A stretch of DNA of 64,000 nt from the human T2T-CHM13v2.0 reference genome, Homo sapiens. Within the stretch, counting starts at the first letter, position 1. Each line of letters opens with the position of its first letter. The translations under genes were made by a program, and so were the position numbers. The stretch lies in NCBI RefSeq assembly GCF_009914755.1, contig NC_060927.1. The stretch is one strand, 5' to 3'. Of the stretch, positions 11,486 to 26,424 are shown in pieces. The notes below the pieces were generated by a model. The model was not told the DNA's origin. It searched no databases and saw only the letters and a list, made by a program, of their open reading frames with translations.

Positions 11486-11784
11486 GTGTGTCTCTATAAT
11501 CCCTTATCACTCCATTTCTTATATATACAGAAGTGCATGTCAAATTTTTTGGACATTTCTTTATACTTGTATTACATAAGTATTTAATATCTCTTTCCAC
11601 TTCTAAAATAATGGCAAATCATTTAACCCTGCTCAGTGATTTTCTTGTTAGAGTAAATTTCACTCAGGATTGTGAATCTAACACACAGACTACTCTAGTT
11701 ATTTTGTTTAAAACATAAAAGCCTACTGTGGCTGTGGTTTTAATAGGCTTCTGGATTTCATATTCCAAGGAATTCCTCAGTCAC

Positions 11785-11937
11785 AAACTTGAAATGTTCC
11801 CAACACATAGAAATGATCAATGTTTAAGATGATGGGTACTCCAAATACCTTGATTTGAACATTACATGTTCTATGCTTGCAACAAAAGATACCCCCATAA
11901 ATATGTAAAATATTATGTATCAGTTTTAAAAAATAAA
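11785..11937 (+). mobile_element. L1MA 3'-end fragment
   Basis: AATGTTCCCAACACATAGAAATGATCAATGTTT...CCCCATAAATATGT then A-rich end. Confidence 0.7.
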
Positions 11938-14165
11938 TTCTTTGGTCATCTTCTGTCTCCAAACTATGTTGCCTCTTAAGTTAAAAGCATTCTGTCTTCA
12001 CTGAAAATCTATGAAAATAGCAAAATCAGTTTCTTAATAGATTTCAGCAATTTGATTCCTATTTCAGTATGCTCATTTCATGGCTTGTGAAAACATTGAC
12101 ATATTGCAAAAAGTTAGGTTGGAAGATCCAAGTGCCAGTTATTTGCAACTTACGACATTTATCACCAAAGATGGGTGTGACCCATCTTCATTAAAAAACA
12201 GCTAACAAATGATTATTGGGCAGTTCTCTGTTGGAAGAAATATATATTAGGTGGTGAATGTAATGCAAAAAAAAAAAAAAAAAAAAATGCAAATCAGGCT
12301 TCAGAAATTTGGAGACAAACACCAGGAGAAATTTGTTCTTAAACTCAGTCTTAGAAGAATGATGAAAATTTTCAGGGATTTTTTTCCCCTTCAAGATCTA
12401 TAACTGGATAGCAAACTGGATAAAGTTTATACAAGTCAAAGTCTTAACTGAATCAGTATGTAAATACATGGAGGAATGATGCATGTTAAGGCAACCAGAG
12501 ACATTTATAACTCAAAGAGAAAGAGTCCTATTCATTAACATTACAATCTTACAGAGAAAGTCACTTAATCATATGGTAATATCCATGGCCTACACAAAAG
12601 AAAAGGAATCAGTATCAGTTCTCACTGGAAATTAATATAGTCTTTAAAATAGAAAGTAAAAGATGTAGGTGCTTAGAAAGTATTTATAACATTTAAAGGA
12701 ATAAATATTGGTTTGTATATCTTTATTATATTTGGAACAAGAATGATGTTCTGTAAATCCACATATCTTGTTTAGTAACCTCTCCACTTTATCTAGGCTG
12801 TTTTTATTTAATATTCACAGCAAGGCATTTTATAACAGTAATATATATTATGTGCATTTCAACTATAAAGTGTTACAATAGCTGACACTGCACACTGCAT
12901 CCAAATCCTCTAATAGAGTTTCAAAATTTTTCACAAACTCATCTTATTCCTTCAACAGAAGTGATCCCCAGTGAATCTCTCTCCAGCAATTGGCTTTACA
13001 TCAGAAAAATTTAGTTCCCTGGACAAAGGAAAGAGAACATTTGCTTTAGTATCGTAGACTTTTTTCCCCCAGCATATCAGATTTATCTTGCTTTTTAAAG
13101 AAATCCATTTTATCTCCACCTCCTAAAATCAATAGAAAATATATCTTTATAAATTCTGTGTTTAATCCACCTGATAAATAACATGTAGTTATATAAGATT
13201 ACACAGTAGTTTATGCTAATGCATTTGCCACTGTTGTTATTATCATTAGCATTTATTAGAAAATACTATGAAAGAAGGCAAAGAGCAATAAGGAACAATG
13301 TAGACAGAAAGAAAGTAGTACTAGCATCTATTCTCAACATTTCCTTAGCATCTTTTTGTAAAATCACTTTCCTTCACCTTTTACATGCCATCTAATTCTC
13401 AACTACACAAAAGAGTCTTCATTCTGGAAGCTATCAACAATTTTGGCCCACATCAAGTTTGGCCTTCATAAAAACTGTGTCTGAGGCAATTGAACGAACA
13501 ATAGCCAATACAAGGCTTTATAAATTTAACAGTTGAAAAAATAGCAGAAATGCAAGGTTAATCCAGCAAATTTATACAGACATAATTAAAAGTCACACAT
13601 ACACCCACCAATGACAAGGGCACCTGTGCAATCAAACTGTTTTCTCTGGCCAACTTCTCAATCAATTGTATATTATTCTCTTGGAGTTATGATGCGGTCA
13701 ACAGATTCATGTACAAAGACAATTGAAATGACCAAACCACCTTTTCCAAAATACAACCATTTAAGCCACGCAAATAGAAATGTAGCACTGTAAGGACCTT
13801 TTATTTAAATTTATTTTTCAAATGGTCAAAATAAACTAAGAAAAACAAGCAAGTCTTGGCAATATTCAAACTTAGCATATCAAGAGGTTTGTCACAAGTG
13901 GAAACTATTCAATGTAGAACTAACATTATTCAGTGAGAGTCAAGGAGAATTGTAGCAATTGAAAGCATTCAAATAATAAAATACTTTAATTTTACTTTTA
14001 ATTTCATTTCTAATGTCCTGCAAAGCCCACTTGACTTCTTCACAAGCTTTCCTTATACTAAGTTTTCTATAGAAGGTATGACTACATATTATATTTCTGC
14101 TAATCTTCGGGGCAGGAGGAGAAATTAAACTAGTGTTTTAATCAGTATATAAAAATGTTTTATCA

Positions 14166-14567
<402 letters not shown>

Positions 14568-14683
14568 TCAAAATGGTTATCTCTACCAAATGCTATCATG
14601 TACACAATGATATTTTTCAACAAGAAACCACAACTAATCATTGTACATCATGCCCTGCTACTGAACTAGGTGGGCCCTCGTAA

Positions 14684-15117
14684 TGTAGTTTCAAAAATAC
14701 TTTCTTGAGCCAGTTTTTAGGTCTTGGTGAAAAGTGGATCAGTTCTCCTTTTTAAGCAGCTGATAAGTTCACACAGGAACAACTTCCCATTATCCAGCTC
14801 TCACACTTCCAGGTTAGTATAAACCTTCCCTATTCATCCCAGGGCGAGGTAGTAAAGAAGTAAAAACACCTCCTATCCCTACAGCCCACAAAATTAATTA
14901 AATTCACCAACTTACATGGATGGGGTAGATGTAGCTAAACCCACCCCACTTGCCATTCATAAGCTGCCCACTTCTGGCTCCAGTTTGCTGTGACCTTGTC
15001 CTTAGCACAACTCCCAGAGTGGCCCTGCCTCATAGCCTTCTCTTATTTGAAGCAGTAAGTAGCAAACAGTTCTGCTTTTCATCTATCCAAGTGTTAGTGT
15101 GTTGTGTTATGCCATCA
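14684..15117 (+). mobile_element. Old ERVL-class solo LTR (MER54/MER73/MER74 group)
   Basis: TG...CA termini, ~430 bp; GATCAGTTCTCC..GCAGCTGAT and CTCTCACACT..CCCAGGGC resemble recalled consensus. Confidence 0.45.
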
Positions 15118-15904
15118 GAAAAAAAAAAACAAAAACAAACAAGCAAAAAAAAAAACTTTCTATTTTATAAAATAATCCTAGGGCACTAGAGTCTTCATGA
15201 CTAATTGTCATAAATGAAAGAAATTCACTCATGTGTAAAATCAATTCATTTTATTTTTTCCTTATGCACAGGTGTACATAAAGTGTGAAAAATGAATAAT
15301 TTTATTAACTTTCATAAAAATACCTTTGCACAAATGTCGATTGTTATGAAGAATTATTTGGATCAATTCCGACATTCTCATATTTAAATGTTAACAGTCT
15401 TCCTTCCTTTTTCCCATCTACGGCAGTAGAGAGTTTAGAGAAGAGAGAAACAACCACTGACAACTTTTTAGTCTTTTTGGTGTTTTCTTTATGTGACATA
15501 GTTATTATCTAAATGTAGAGAGATTTTTAATCCTTAAAATGCTTTGCTCTTTCTACCATATTACATATTACTGTCTTTGTATGAAAAGTATAGATATAAT
15601 AAAATTGTAGGATTTAATTAATACCAAATCATATCTTCTTACCTCCATAAAAGAAGAAAATAGAAACTTCAGATATATTGGATATTAAGCTATTATAAGA
15701 GGAGCAAAAACTGAGAGTAAAATGCAGAAACTAATAAAAGAAAATAAAATACAAATGTAGGGATCCCACCCCTCCCCCAGTGTGTTTTGATAGTAATAAA
15801 GTAATGGAGGAGAGATAGGAGATTTGTTAACGTAAAGATTGTCCACACAAGAAAGCTTTTTTCATTTACATGTATTTATTTAATTACTAAGGAGAGAAAG
15901 GAAG

Positions 15905-16125
15905 AGAACTAACATTTATTTGGCATCTGGCATTTTCTGGGCACTGGCTCAATGATTTCACATTTTTCTTACTCTATACAACATCATGATGTGGTAATTA
16001 TTATCCCCATTTTATATACAAGGAAACAGGTTCAGAAACACTAAAGGGTTTGCTCAAGTTTGCATATCTAATAAAGATTATGAGCAGGATTTCCACTCCC
16101 ACTTTGGATCTGAAGCTTATAATAT
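15905..16125 (-). mobile_element. MIR
   Basis: Core ATTATTATCCCCATTTTATA..AGGAAACAGG..TCAGA. Confidence 0.75.
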
Positions 16126-17812
16126 TCGTTCCCTATAGGTAAAAGAGATTCATGGCAAGAAGGTGGCTACTGATGCATAGAAGCCAGAGAAAACATTAAC
16201 CCATAAATTGGTTCATTTAAATAACTATGTATTAAAAATTGTGAAAAGAAATACTAGTTGATAAAATGAGACTGAATCACAAAGAAGATATGAAATATCC
16301 AAACAAACAGAAGACACATAATATGTAGGATGGAAATGTACATAAAATATATCAGGGTAGTTATGTCAAAAAATAAGCAGCAGGAGCTTTATACTATTAT
16401 ACAGCTTAATTCTTAGTATTGGGGGATTACATTTATTTTTGTTTGCTTGTTTTTTCATTCACATGCCTTGAACGTTAAATTGGATAGTAGTTGAAACATG
16501 GAAATATGTAAAGTGGTCACATATAGACTAATTATTTCAGTTATTCTAATGATTAGACATGGATCTTTTAGCACAATCTATTTTGAGACGGTCCTATAAT
16601 TGGTTTATGGAGTCACATGGATATTCAAGAGTACTACTTTAAAAACATTATAGAAAATGTTCACTTCCCAGAAGATGGAGTTCTGAATGCATTTTTAAAA
16701 AATATCTCTTACTATGTACAGTTAAAAACCCTACACATTATATGTAAACAAACGTAAGAAGATCCTCAAAGGTAGAGAGAAGAAGGCGACCAATTAAGGA
16801 CCCTGGGACCCAAGAAACAACACAGTAGTAAGTCCCTAAGTTTTGTTTTTGGCTCGTATATCATTGACTTAGAGCTGAAAAAAAAAAAAACTGGTAAGCC
16901 AAAAATGCCAATGGGCATAGACAAAAAATACATATATATATATATATTTTTCCAATATATATATGGAGATTGGATATATTATATATATCCAATCAAAATC
17001 CTTCTTTGTCTAGCCCAAGGACTGTGAAAGAAATAGTCTAGAAAGATATAAAACTTTAAACAATAATGGTTTTACTCCAGACAAACACATAGAAAAAAAA
17101 AAAAAACTGTGGCCCGACCCTACTCACAGTAGCAAAGGTTGAGTGGGAAGCCTAGACTTCCATTTTCAACTGGCTTGATGAGGCAGCCCAAAGCCTTCCT
17201 CCCTGAAGGTGGTATCAGAAAGACTAAGTAGAAAGCTAGCACTTTCATCCCTACCCAGCAGTAATGAGGAGACCCTACTCCTCACTGCTGGAGTGGTGCC
17301 AGAGGAAGCCTCACACAGTCAGGACTTCCATCAACACCCATAAATAACAAGCACTTTTTCTCTCCACCCTACCCACCTAGAGTCAGATGTTAGTGGAGGC
17401 TGTGCAGTGAGCAGTAATGAGGAGTATTCCCACACATGTCAGCTGTCACTGAAGATTCAGTAAGGAGCCTGGACTTGTACATAACTGCCTCCCACATCTT
17501 GCAGTATTGAGGCAGAGTGCCTTTTCTTCCCCTGGTGAAGTATTGTCAGAAAAAGCCAATGAAAAGAAGTTTAAATAAGACTCGAAATCTTATAACATAA
17601 TACCCCAAATATTTAGCTTTTAATCAAAAATCATTTGTCATAACAAAAAGAGTATACTGAGTGGGAAAGGAAGTGAATACTGAGAAAATAGAGATGTTAG
17701 AATTCTCTGAAGAAGATTTTAAGACAACAATAAAGGAAATATTTCAACAAACATTATAAACAAGCTTGAAATAAATTTTGAAAAGAGGAAGTTTCAGCAA
17801 AGTGATAGAATA

Positions 17813-17958
17813 CAGATACTCCTCTACTCATAGTGGGATTACATTCCTAATAGCCCATTGCAAGTCAAAAATATCATAAGTCAAAAATGCATTTAGCATC
17901 CACAGTGAACTCATCCGAAAGTTGAAATATCCTAAGTCATCCTAAGTCAAGAACTTAT
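17813..17958 (+). mobile_element. MER47-like (TcMar-Tigger) MITE
   Basis: TA then CAGATACTCCTCTACTCATAGTGGGATTAC..AAAATATCATAAGTCAAAAATGCATTTA. Confidence 0.65.
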
Positions 17959-18423
17959 ATTAAAATGGAAATATATAACTGAAAAATAAAATAACAAAAG
18001 AAACAATAGATGGGTTCAAAAACAGAATAGAGAGAAAAAGAAAAGAATCAGTGAACTCAAAGATAGAAAGATACAAATTACACTTTTGGAAAAACAGAAA
18101 ATGGACCAAAAAAGGAAGAAGAAATGAAGAAACCCTCACAGACCAATGTATACATAATAAATGTATCTAGCATTTGTGTCATCAGTGTTCCAGAAAAAGA
18201 GGAGAAAGAGAATGGGGTGAAAAAAAGTGTTCAAAGAAATTATGACTGAAAACCTCCCAAAGTTGGCAACAAAATAAAAATCCACAGATTCAAGAAGCTA
18301 AGCAAACCCCAAACAGTATAACCCAAAGAAATGCAAAGCAACGTACATAATAGTGAAATTCCTGAAAACTGAAGACAAAGAAAAAATTCTTGAAAGCAGC
18401 TAGGGTGAAATGACACCATTCTT

Positions 18424-19829
18424 TCTTTTTTTTTTTTTTTATACTTTAAGTTTTAGGGTACATGTGCACAATGTGCAGGTTAGTTACATATGTATACATG
18501 TGCCATGCTGGTGTGCTGCACCCATTAACTTGTCATTTAGCATGAGTTATATCTCCTAATGCTATCCCTCCCCCCTCCCCCAACCCCACAACAGTACCCA
18601 GAGTGTGATGTTCCCCTTCCTGTGTCCATGTGTTCTCATTGTTCAATTCCCACCTATGAGTGAGAACATGCGGTGTTTGGTTTTTTGTCCTTGCGATAGT
18701 TTACTGAGAATGATGATTTCCAATTTCATCCATGTCCCTACAAAGGACATGAACTCATCATTTTTTATGGCTGCATAGTATTCCATGGTGTATATGTGCC
18801 ACATTTTCTTAATCCAGTCTATCATTGTTGGACATTTAGGTTGGTTCCAAGTCCTTGCTATTGTGAATAATACCGCAATAAACATACATGTGCATGTGTC
18901 TTTATAGCAACATGATTTATAGTCCTTTGGGTATATAGCCAGTAATGGGATGGCTGGGTCAAATGGTATTTCTAGTTCTAGATCCCTGAGGAATCGCCAC
19001 CCTGACTTCCACAATGGTTGAACTAGTTTACAGTCCCACCAACAGTGTAAAAGTGTTCCTATTTCTCCACATCCTCTCCAGCACCTGTTGTTTCCTGACT
19101 TTTTAATGATTGCCATTCTAACTGGTGTGAGATGGTATCTCATTGTGGTTTTGATTTGCATTTCTCTGATGGCCAGTGATGATGAGCATTTCTTCATGTG
19201 TCTGTTGGCTGCATAAATGTCTTCTTTTGAGAAGTGTCTGTTCATATCCTTTGCCCACTTTTTGATGGGGTTGTTTGTTTTTTTCTTGTAAATTTGTTTG
19301 AGTTCATTGTAGATTCTGGATATTAGCCCTTTGTCAGATGAGTAGGTTGCGAAAATTTTCTACCATTTTGTAGGCTGCCTGTTCACTTTGATGCTAGTTT
19401 CTTTTGCTGTGCAGAAGCTCTTTAGTTTAATTAGATCCCATTTGTCAATTTTGGCTTTTGTTGCCATTGCTTTTGGTGTTTTAGACATGAAGTCCTTGCC
19501 CATGCCTATGTCCTGAATGGTAATGCCTAGGTTTTCTTCTAGGGTTTTTATGGTTTTAGGTCTAACGTTTAAATCTTTAATCCATCTTGAATTAATTTTT
19601 GTATAAGGTGTAAGGAAGGGATCCAGTTTCAGTTTTCTACATATGGCTAGCCAGTTTTCCCAGCACCATTTATTAAATGGGGAATCCTTTCCCCATTGCT
19701 TGTTTTTCTCAGGTTTGTCAAAGATCAGATAGTTGTAGATATGCAGTGTTATTTCTGAGGGTTCTGTTCTGTCCCATTGATCTATATCTCTGTTTTGGTA
19801 CCAGTACCATGCTGTTGTGGTTACTGTAG
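18424..19829 (-). mobile_element. 5'-truncated young L1PA (L1PA3-like), 1.4 kb
   Basis: Poly-T tail; ORF2 C-terminal ORFs including [18 protein letters not shown]; TSD CACCATTCTT at 18414-18423 and 19830-19839. Confidence 0.93.
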
Positions 19830-19899
19830 CACCATTCTTACAGAGAAAAAACAATTCAAGTGATGGGAGATTTCTCATCAGAAACCACAGAGACCAGAG

Positions 19900-20503
19900 C
19901 CGTTCCCCAGTTGCTCTCCTCTGGCCTCCCTATTCCCTGAGACACAGCAGTATTGAAATTAGATCAATTAATAATTCTACAGTAGTCTCTACGTGTTGAA
20001 GTGAAAGAAAAAGTCACACATCGCTCACTTTATATCAAAAGGTAGAAATGATTAAGCTTAGTGAGGAAGGTATGTCGAAAGCCAAAATAGGCCAAAAATG
20101 ATCCCTTTTGTGCCAAACAGATTGCGGATGCCAAGAAAAAAGTTCACTAAGCAATTAAAAGTGCTACTCCAGTGAACATACAAATGATAAGAAAGACTTA
20201 CTGCTGATACAGAGAAAGTTTTAATGGTCTAGATAGAAAATCAAACCAGCCACAATATCCCTTAAGTCAAAGCTGAGTCCAGAGCAAGGCTCTAACTCTC
20301 CTCAACTCTATGAAGGCTGAGAGAGGTGAGGAAGCTGCAGAAGAAAATCTGGAAGCTAGCAGAGGTCAGTTCATGAAGTTTGAGGGAATTGTCTGCATAA
20401 CATAAAAGTGCAAGGTGAAGCAGCAGGTACTGATGGAGAAGCTGCAGCAAGTTATGCAGAAGACCTAGCTAAGATAACTGACGAAGGTGGCTACATTAAA
20501 CAA
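19900..20503 (+). mobile_element. Tigger1 internal fragment (transposase N-terminus)
   Basis: GGCCTCCCTATTCCCTGAGACAC and GTAGAAATGATTAAGCTTAGTGAGGAAGGTATGTCGAAAGCC (EMIKLSEEGMSKA). Confidence 0.88.
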
Positions 20504-22616
20504 GGATCTATATGCTGAAAATTACAAAATGCTGCAGAAAGAAAGAAAATTTTAAAAAATGAATAGAAACATTATGTGCAAATAGTTAAGATGTCAATCC
20601 CCACCAAATTTCTATACTGATTTAAAGTACTTACTGTCAAAATTTTTGTACATATAGAAAAGATTATTCAAAATTTATATGAGGAGCAAAGGAAGAAAAA
20701 TAGCTAAAACAATATTGAAAAAAGAATAGAGTGGGAGAAATCAGTATACCCAATTCAAGACTTGTTGGTTAGCTATAATAATCAGTACCATATAGTATTT
20801 ACGGAGTGATCTATTAGTGCAACAAAAGGGAGAACTCAGAAATAGGCCACAAATAAGGCTAGCCGATTTTTGACAAAGGAGCAAAAGAAATTCAATGGAG
20901 GAAACAGAGAATTTTCAACAAATTGTTCTCAAGTACTCCACATCAAACGCCATCCCCCACCAAAAAAGTGAAACTAAACCCGTCTCAAACCTAAACAAAA
21001 ATTAACTCAAAATGAACTACAGACATACATACAGAACATAAAATTCATAAACTTTTAGAAAAAAAAATGGAAGAAAATATTTGGGATTCAGGGATAGGCA
21101 AAGAATTCTTAGACATGACACCAAAAGTCTTATCTATAAAAGAAAAAAATGATAAATTAGAATTCAAAAAAATGAAAAATTCTGTCCTGTGAAAAATTCT
21201 GCTAAGAGAAAGAAAAGAAAAAATACAGATTGAGAGAGAATATTTGCAAACCACATATCTGGCAAAAGAATAGGACTGAAAATATATAATGAACTCTCCA
21301 AAATCAACAGTAAAAACACAATCCAGTTAGAATATAGGCAAAATAAATTTAAAATATTTTCACCAAAGGATATACAGATGGCAACTAAGTACATGAAAAT
21401 GTTTAACATCATTAGTCAATAGTAATATAATAATGAAAAGCCTAATGAGATACTGCTACATACCTACCACATGGCTAAAATAAAAAATACTGACAGTGAC
21501 AAATGCTGACATAAATGCAGAGCAGCTTGGTCAATCATGCATTGTCATTGGAAATATAAAATGATACAGTCACTTTGGAAAACAGTTTGGCAATTACATA
21601 AGAAAAAAATAAGCTTGTCATTACCATACCATACAACAATTGCACCCCCTAAGTGTTTATTCCAGAGGAATGAAAACTAATGTTGGCACAAAAAGCCTGT
21701 ACATGAATTTTTATAGCAACTTTATTATAATAGCTGAAAACTAGAAAAAAACTCGGATTCCTTCAGTGGGTGAATGGTTAAACAAACCATGGTACACCCA
21801 TACCAGGAAAAATTACTCAGCAATAAAAAGTAATGGACTATCAATACAAAGAACCACCTGACAAACCTCCAGAAAATCATGCTAAGTAAAAAAATATATA
21901 TAGCAGAAGGTTACATACTACATAATTTCATTAATAAAACACTTTTTGACATGACAAAGTTATACAAATAAATAACAAATTCATGTTTGCAAGGGGATAA
22001 GAAGGTGGTGATGGTGAGAGTAAAGTGGGTTTGGTGATACAAGGAGAACATGAAAGATCCTTGTGATGGAAATGCTTTGTGTGTTGACTGTACTGATAGC
22101 AATATCTTGGTTGTGATATTATACTATAGTGTTACAAGATGTTATCGTTGGGGGAAACTGAGTAAAGAGTACATGGAATCTCTGTATATTTTTTACAACT
22201 GCATGTGAATATACATTTATCTCAAAATAAAAGTTTCAAAATAAAATACAAACTTATGAAATATTTTCTTTCTTAGATCTGTTTTAAACATGAAAGCAGA
22301 TGGCTGGTTCATGCTTTCAAAAGCCGATGTATAATTTGGACTTAGACAAGTGAGATTCTTAAAGAAAAGTGAAAAAGCACTTAAGGAGCCAAATCTGTTA
22401 CAAGTTAGTTGCACTGTGTATTGTTTTCCCTCATGGGAAACTAGGTTTAGGGACTTCCATTTTACTTAACTGTTTTTTCAATAAGATTGCTTAAAATTTC
22501 TTAATTAAATAGTTATTTATTTAGCACATATTATACAACAGGAACTATCCTAGGTATAGAAAAATCGATGTGCAAAAATGACATGCCCAATAGAATGTGA
22601 CAAGAATATATAATAT

Positions 22617-22698
22617 TCAGAACCATGAGCCAAACAAACCTCTTCGTTATGAATTATCTAGCTTCAAGTATTCCTTAACAGCAACACAGACTGACACT
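22617..22698 (+). mobile_element. MST-type MaLR LTR 3'-end fragment
   Basis: CAGAACCATGAGCCAAACAAACCTCTT...AGTATTCCTTAACAGCAACAC. Confidence 0.55.
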
Positions 22699-24531
22699 TA
22701 GCAAGACTTCATGTGAATTTCCATGTGTTAAAAGTTCTATCTGCACTGAAAATATAGTTCAAGCTAATGACTTTCAAAATGAAAAAAAAAAATTAAACTT
22801 AATTTCTATACAATGCATAGGCAGTTTTAGGTTAAGTTTTTTGGAAAATCAAATTTTGTAGATTTTTGTATTTTTAAAAAAAGAATTTAGTAAATATCAC
22901 AATGGAGTTTGCCTGCTCCTTTTCATTCAGCAAACAGCAGCATCTACAGTCACTAAGAGGAGCATACTTCTAAGGAAAATTACTAAATATTTTTTCCATG
23001 TTGTCAGTATTAATTCCTTTAAATGAAATCTCCATCTTATTAAATTTGTTTGTTCTTTAAAAGGTTTTGAAGTGAAAATAACTAAAGATTTGCTGAAAAA
23101 TAAAATAGTATTCAGTTCCATAAGCCAGTAATGTCCATAAAATAATAAGGCAAATAGGAAACACCATAGCTATTTCATGGATAACTGGGATTTATGTAAC
23201 TCATATAATTTTTGCTTGCCTTCTATTCCCTAGTCACACAATAATTTGTCCTTGAATTGCAGAATATCATATTTTTATAGAATTTGTTTGGATGACTAGA
23301 ATCTAAAGCCCAGCAAAACATAAATCTCTCATTTACTATTTTGATGACAAAATTATATTCTTACCTTGTCTAGCTCTTCAAGTGCTCCCTATAATTTCCT
23401 GGATAACTCTTGTTGTTATAAAACTTAACATCGATTTTCTGTGGGTATCATTGTTTGGATGACATAATCACAAAATATTTTATAAGGAGAGCACATACTA
23501 TTTTATAATATTTTAGTTGTCCTTTAAGCTTCACTATTGAATGTTTTTCTGAAACTGAAAGGTAGCAGTAACTTAGCATAATTAATTTCTACTGTGAGCA
23601 ACAGAGATTTAAACATCTGTTCCTTTATTATTGAACTCTGCCTAAAAACCAATGTAAGATTTGGATTAAAGCTGTCAAGGACAAATTACACTTATGAAAC
23701 AGAAAAAAAAAAGTGCCTTTTAAAAAAAGACCATTTATTTTTAGAAATCTCAACACCTTTGCCATTTATATCACCTGGTCAGTAACATGTCTTTATGGGA
23801 CAAGGATTTCTGATCATGCCAAGTTATTTGCCAATTTGTTCAAACAGTGCATAAAAAGATGAATTAGAATAAATAATACAGAGAGAATTTTCTTTGCATA
23901 CAAATAGTTTATTTCTCCTTTTTTACGTCATGGGATCCATTATGGAAAATTAAGTAAGCCACGATCACATAGTACATGCTAGTTTAAATATCAATTTCAA
24001 ATCCACTACATCTAATCTTTTATAATAAGTATTTTTGATTGCTCCAATCATTGTCCCATGCTTCTGAAGGGAAAATAAGGATCAAAAGGGGCTTTTTAAA
24101 ATTGATACATAATATTTGTACATGTCGATAGGATATATGTAATATTTTGTTACATGCATAGAATATGTAATAATCAAGTCAGAGTATTTAGAATATCCCT
24201 CGACTAAAGCATTTATCATTTCTGTGTTCAAGACCTCTCTTCTAGCTGTTTTGAAATATACAATTCATTGTTGTTAACTATAGTCACCCTACTCTGTTAT
24301 TGAACATTAGATCTTATTTCTTCTATCTGTATGTTTATACCCATTAACCAATCACTCTTCATTACCCTCCGTCTACACACATACTCTTCTCAGCCTTTGG
24401 TAACTATCATCCAACACTATCTCCATGAGATTAACTTTTTAAGCTCCCATACACGGATAAGAACATGTGAATACGAATAAGAACATTGTCTTTCTGTGCC
24501 TGGCTTATTTCACTTCACCGAATGACCTTCA

Positions 24532-24826
24532 GACTAGGTATGGTGGCTCATGCTTGTAATCCCAGTGCTTTGGGAGGCTGAGGTGGGATGATCATGTGAG
24601 GCCAGGGGTTCAAGATAAGCCAGGTCAACATACAGAGACCCTGTCTCTCAAAAAAAAAATTAAAAAATATTAGCCATGTGTGATGGCATGCATCTTTAGT
24701 CCTAGCTACTCAGGAGGTTGGAGTGGGAGGGTTGCTTGAGGCCAGGAGTTCAAGGCTACAGTGAGCTGATTGTGCTACTGCACTCCCACTTGGGCAACAG
24801 TGTAAGAACCTGTCTCCAAGTAAAAA
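24532..24826 (+). mobile_element. AluJ
   Basis: J-type features GGAGGGTTGCTTGAGGCCAGGAGTTCAAGGCTACAGTGAGC. Confidence 0.88.
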
Positions 24827-25789
24827 CCCATAAAGGCCTCCAATTCCATCATGTTGCTGAAATAATAAGGTTTCATTAGTATGGCCAAATAGTATTCCAT
24901 TGTGTATATATACCACTTTTTCTTTATTCATTCATTTGTTGGCAGCTACCTAGGTTGATCCCACATCTTTACCATTTTAAATAGCGTTGCAGTAAACATG
25001 TGTGGGTATCCCTTTGATATACTTCATTTCTTTCTTTGGATAAACATCCGGTAGTGGGATTGCTGGATCATAGAGTATTTTTATTTTTAGTTTTTTGAGA
25101 AACTGTCATGCTGTTTTTCATAGTGGCTATACTAACTTACATTTCAACCAACAGTGTATAAGAATTCCTTCTTTAATACATGTTTACCAGTATGTGTTGT
25201 TTTAGTTTCTTTGATAAGAGGCATTCTAACTGGGGTGGGATGATATCTCATTGTGGTTTTGATTTGCATTTCCCTGACTTTGATGCATTTTTTTCATATA
25301 CTTATTGGACACCTGTATATCTTCTTTTGAGAAATGTCTATTCAGATCTTCATATTTTTGCCCACGTTTTAAAGAGATTTATTTTCCATTGAGATGTTTG
25401 ATTGACTTACTTGTATATTCTGGATATTAGCACCTTGTTAAATGAATAGTTTGCAAATATTTTCTTTCATTCTACAGGTTATTTCATCTCTCTATTGATG
25501 GTTTCCTTTGCTATGGAGAAACCTTTTTATTTAACTTAACCCCATTTGTCTATTTTTGTTTTTGTTGCCTATACTTCTGAGGTCTTGCACATAAAGTCTT
25601 TGCCTAAACCAAGGTCCTGAAGTATTTTCCTTGTGTTTTCTACTAGTAGTTTTATAGCTTTGGGCCTTAAATTTAAGTCTTTAATTCATTTTGATTTGAT
25701 TTGTGTACGTTGTAATTGACATATGTCTACTTCCATTTTGTTAAATATGGATATCCAGTTTTCCCAGAATCATTTATTGAAGAGGTTCT

Positions 25790-26424
<635 letters not shown>

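Larger units (their letters stand above)
16660..22236 (+). mobile_element. Old L1 (L1MC1/2-like): 5'UTR, ORF1 remnants, late ORF2 and 3' end, with three nested insertions
   Basis: ORF1-like AAATTCCTGAAAACTGAAGACAAAGAAAAAATTCTTGAAAGCAGC; 3' end TTACAACTGCATGTGAAT..ATCTCAAAATAAAAGTTT. Confidence 0.7.

Noticed and set aside
19360-19878. 172-aa ORF as a gene
   Set aside because: Truncated L1 ORF2 piece whose N-terminus comes from flanking DNA across the TSD; the next piece (18643-19245) is separated by a stop
22927-23121. 64-aa ORF in non-repetitive sequence as a host exon
   Set aside because: No recognisable domain or convincing splice context; length expected by chance
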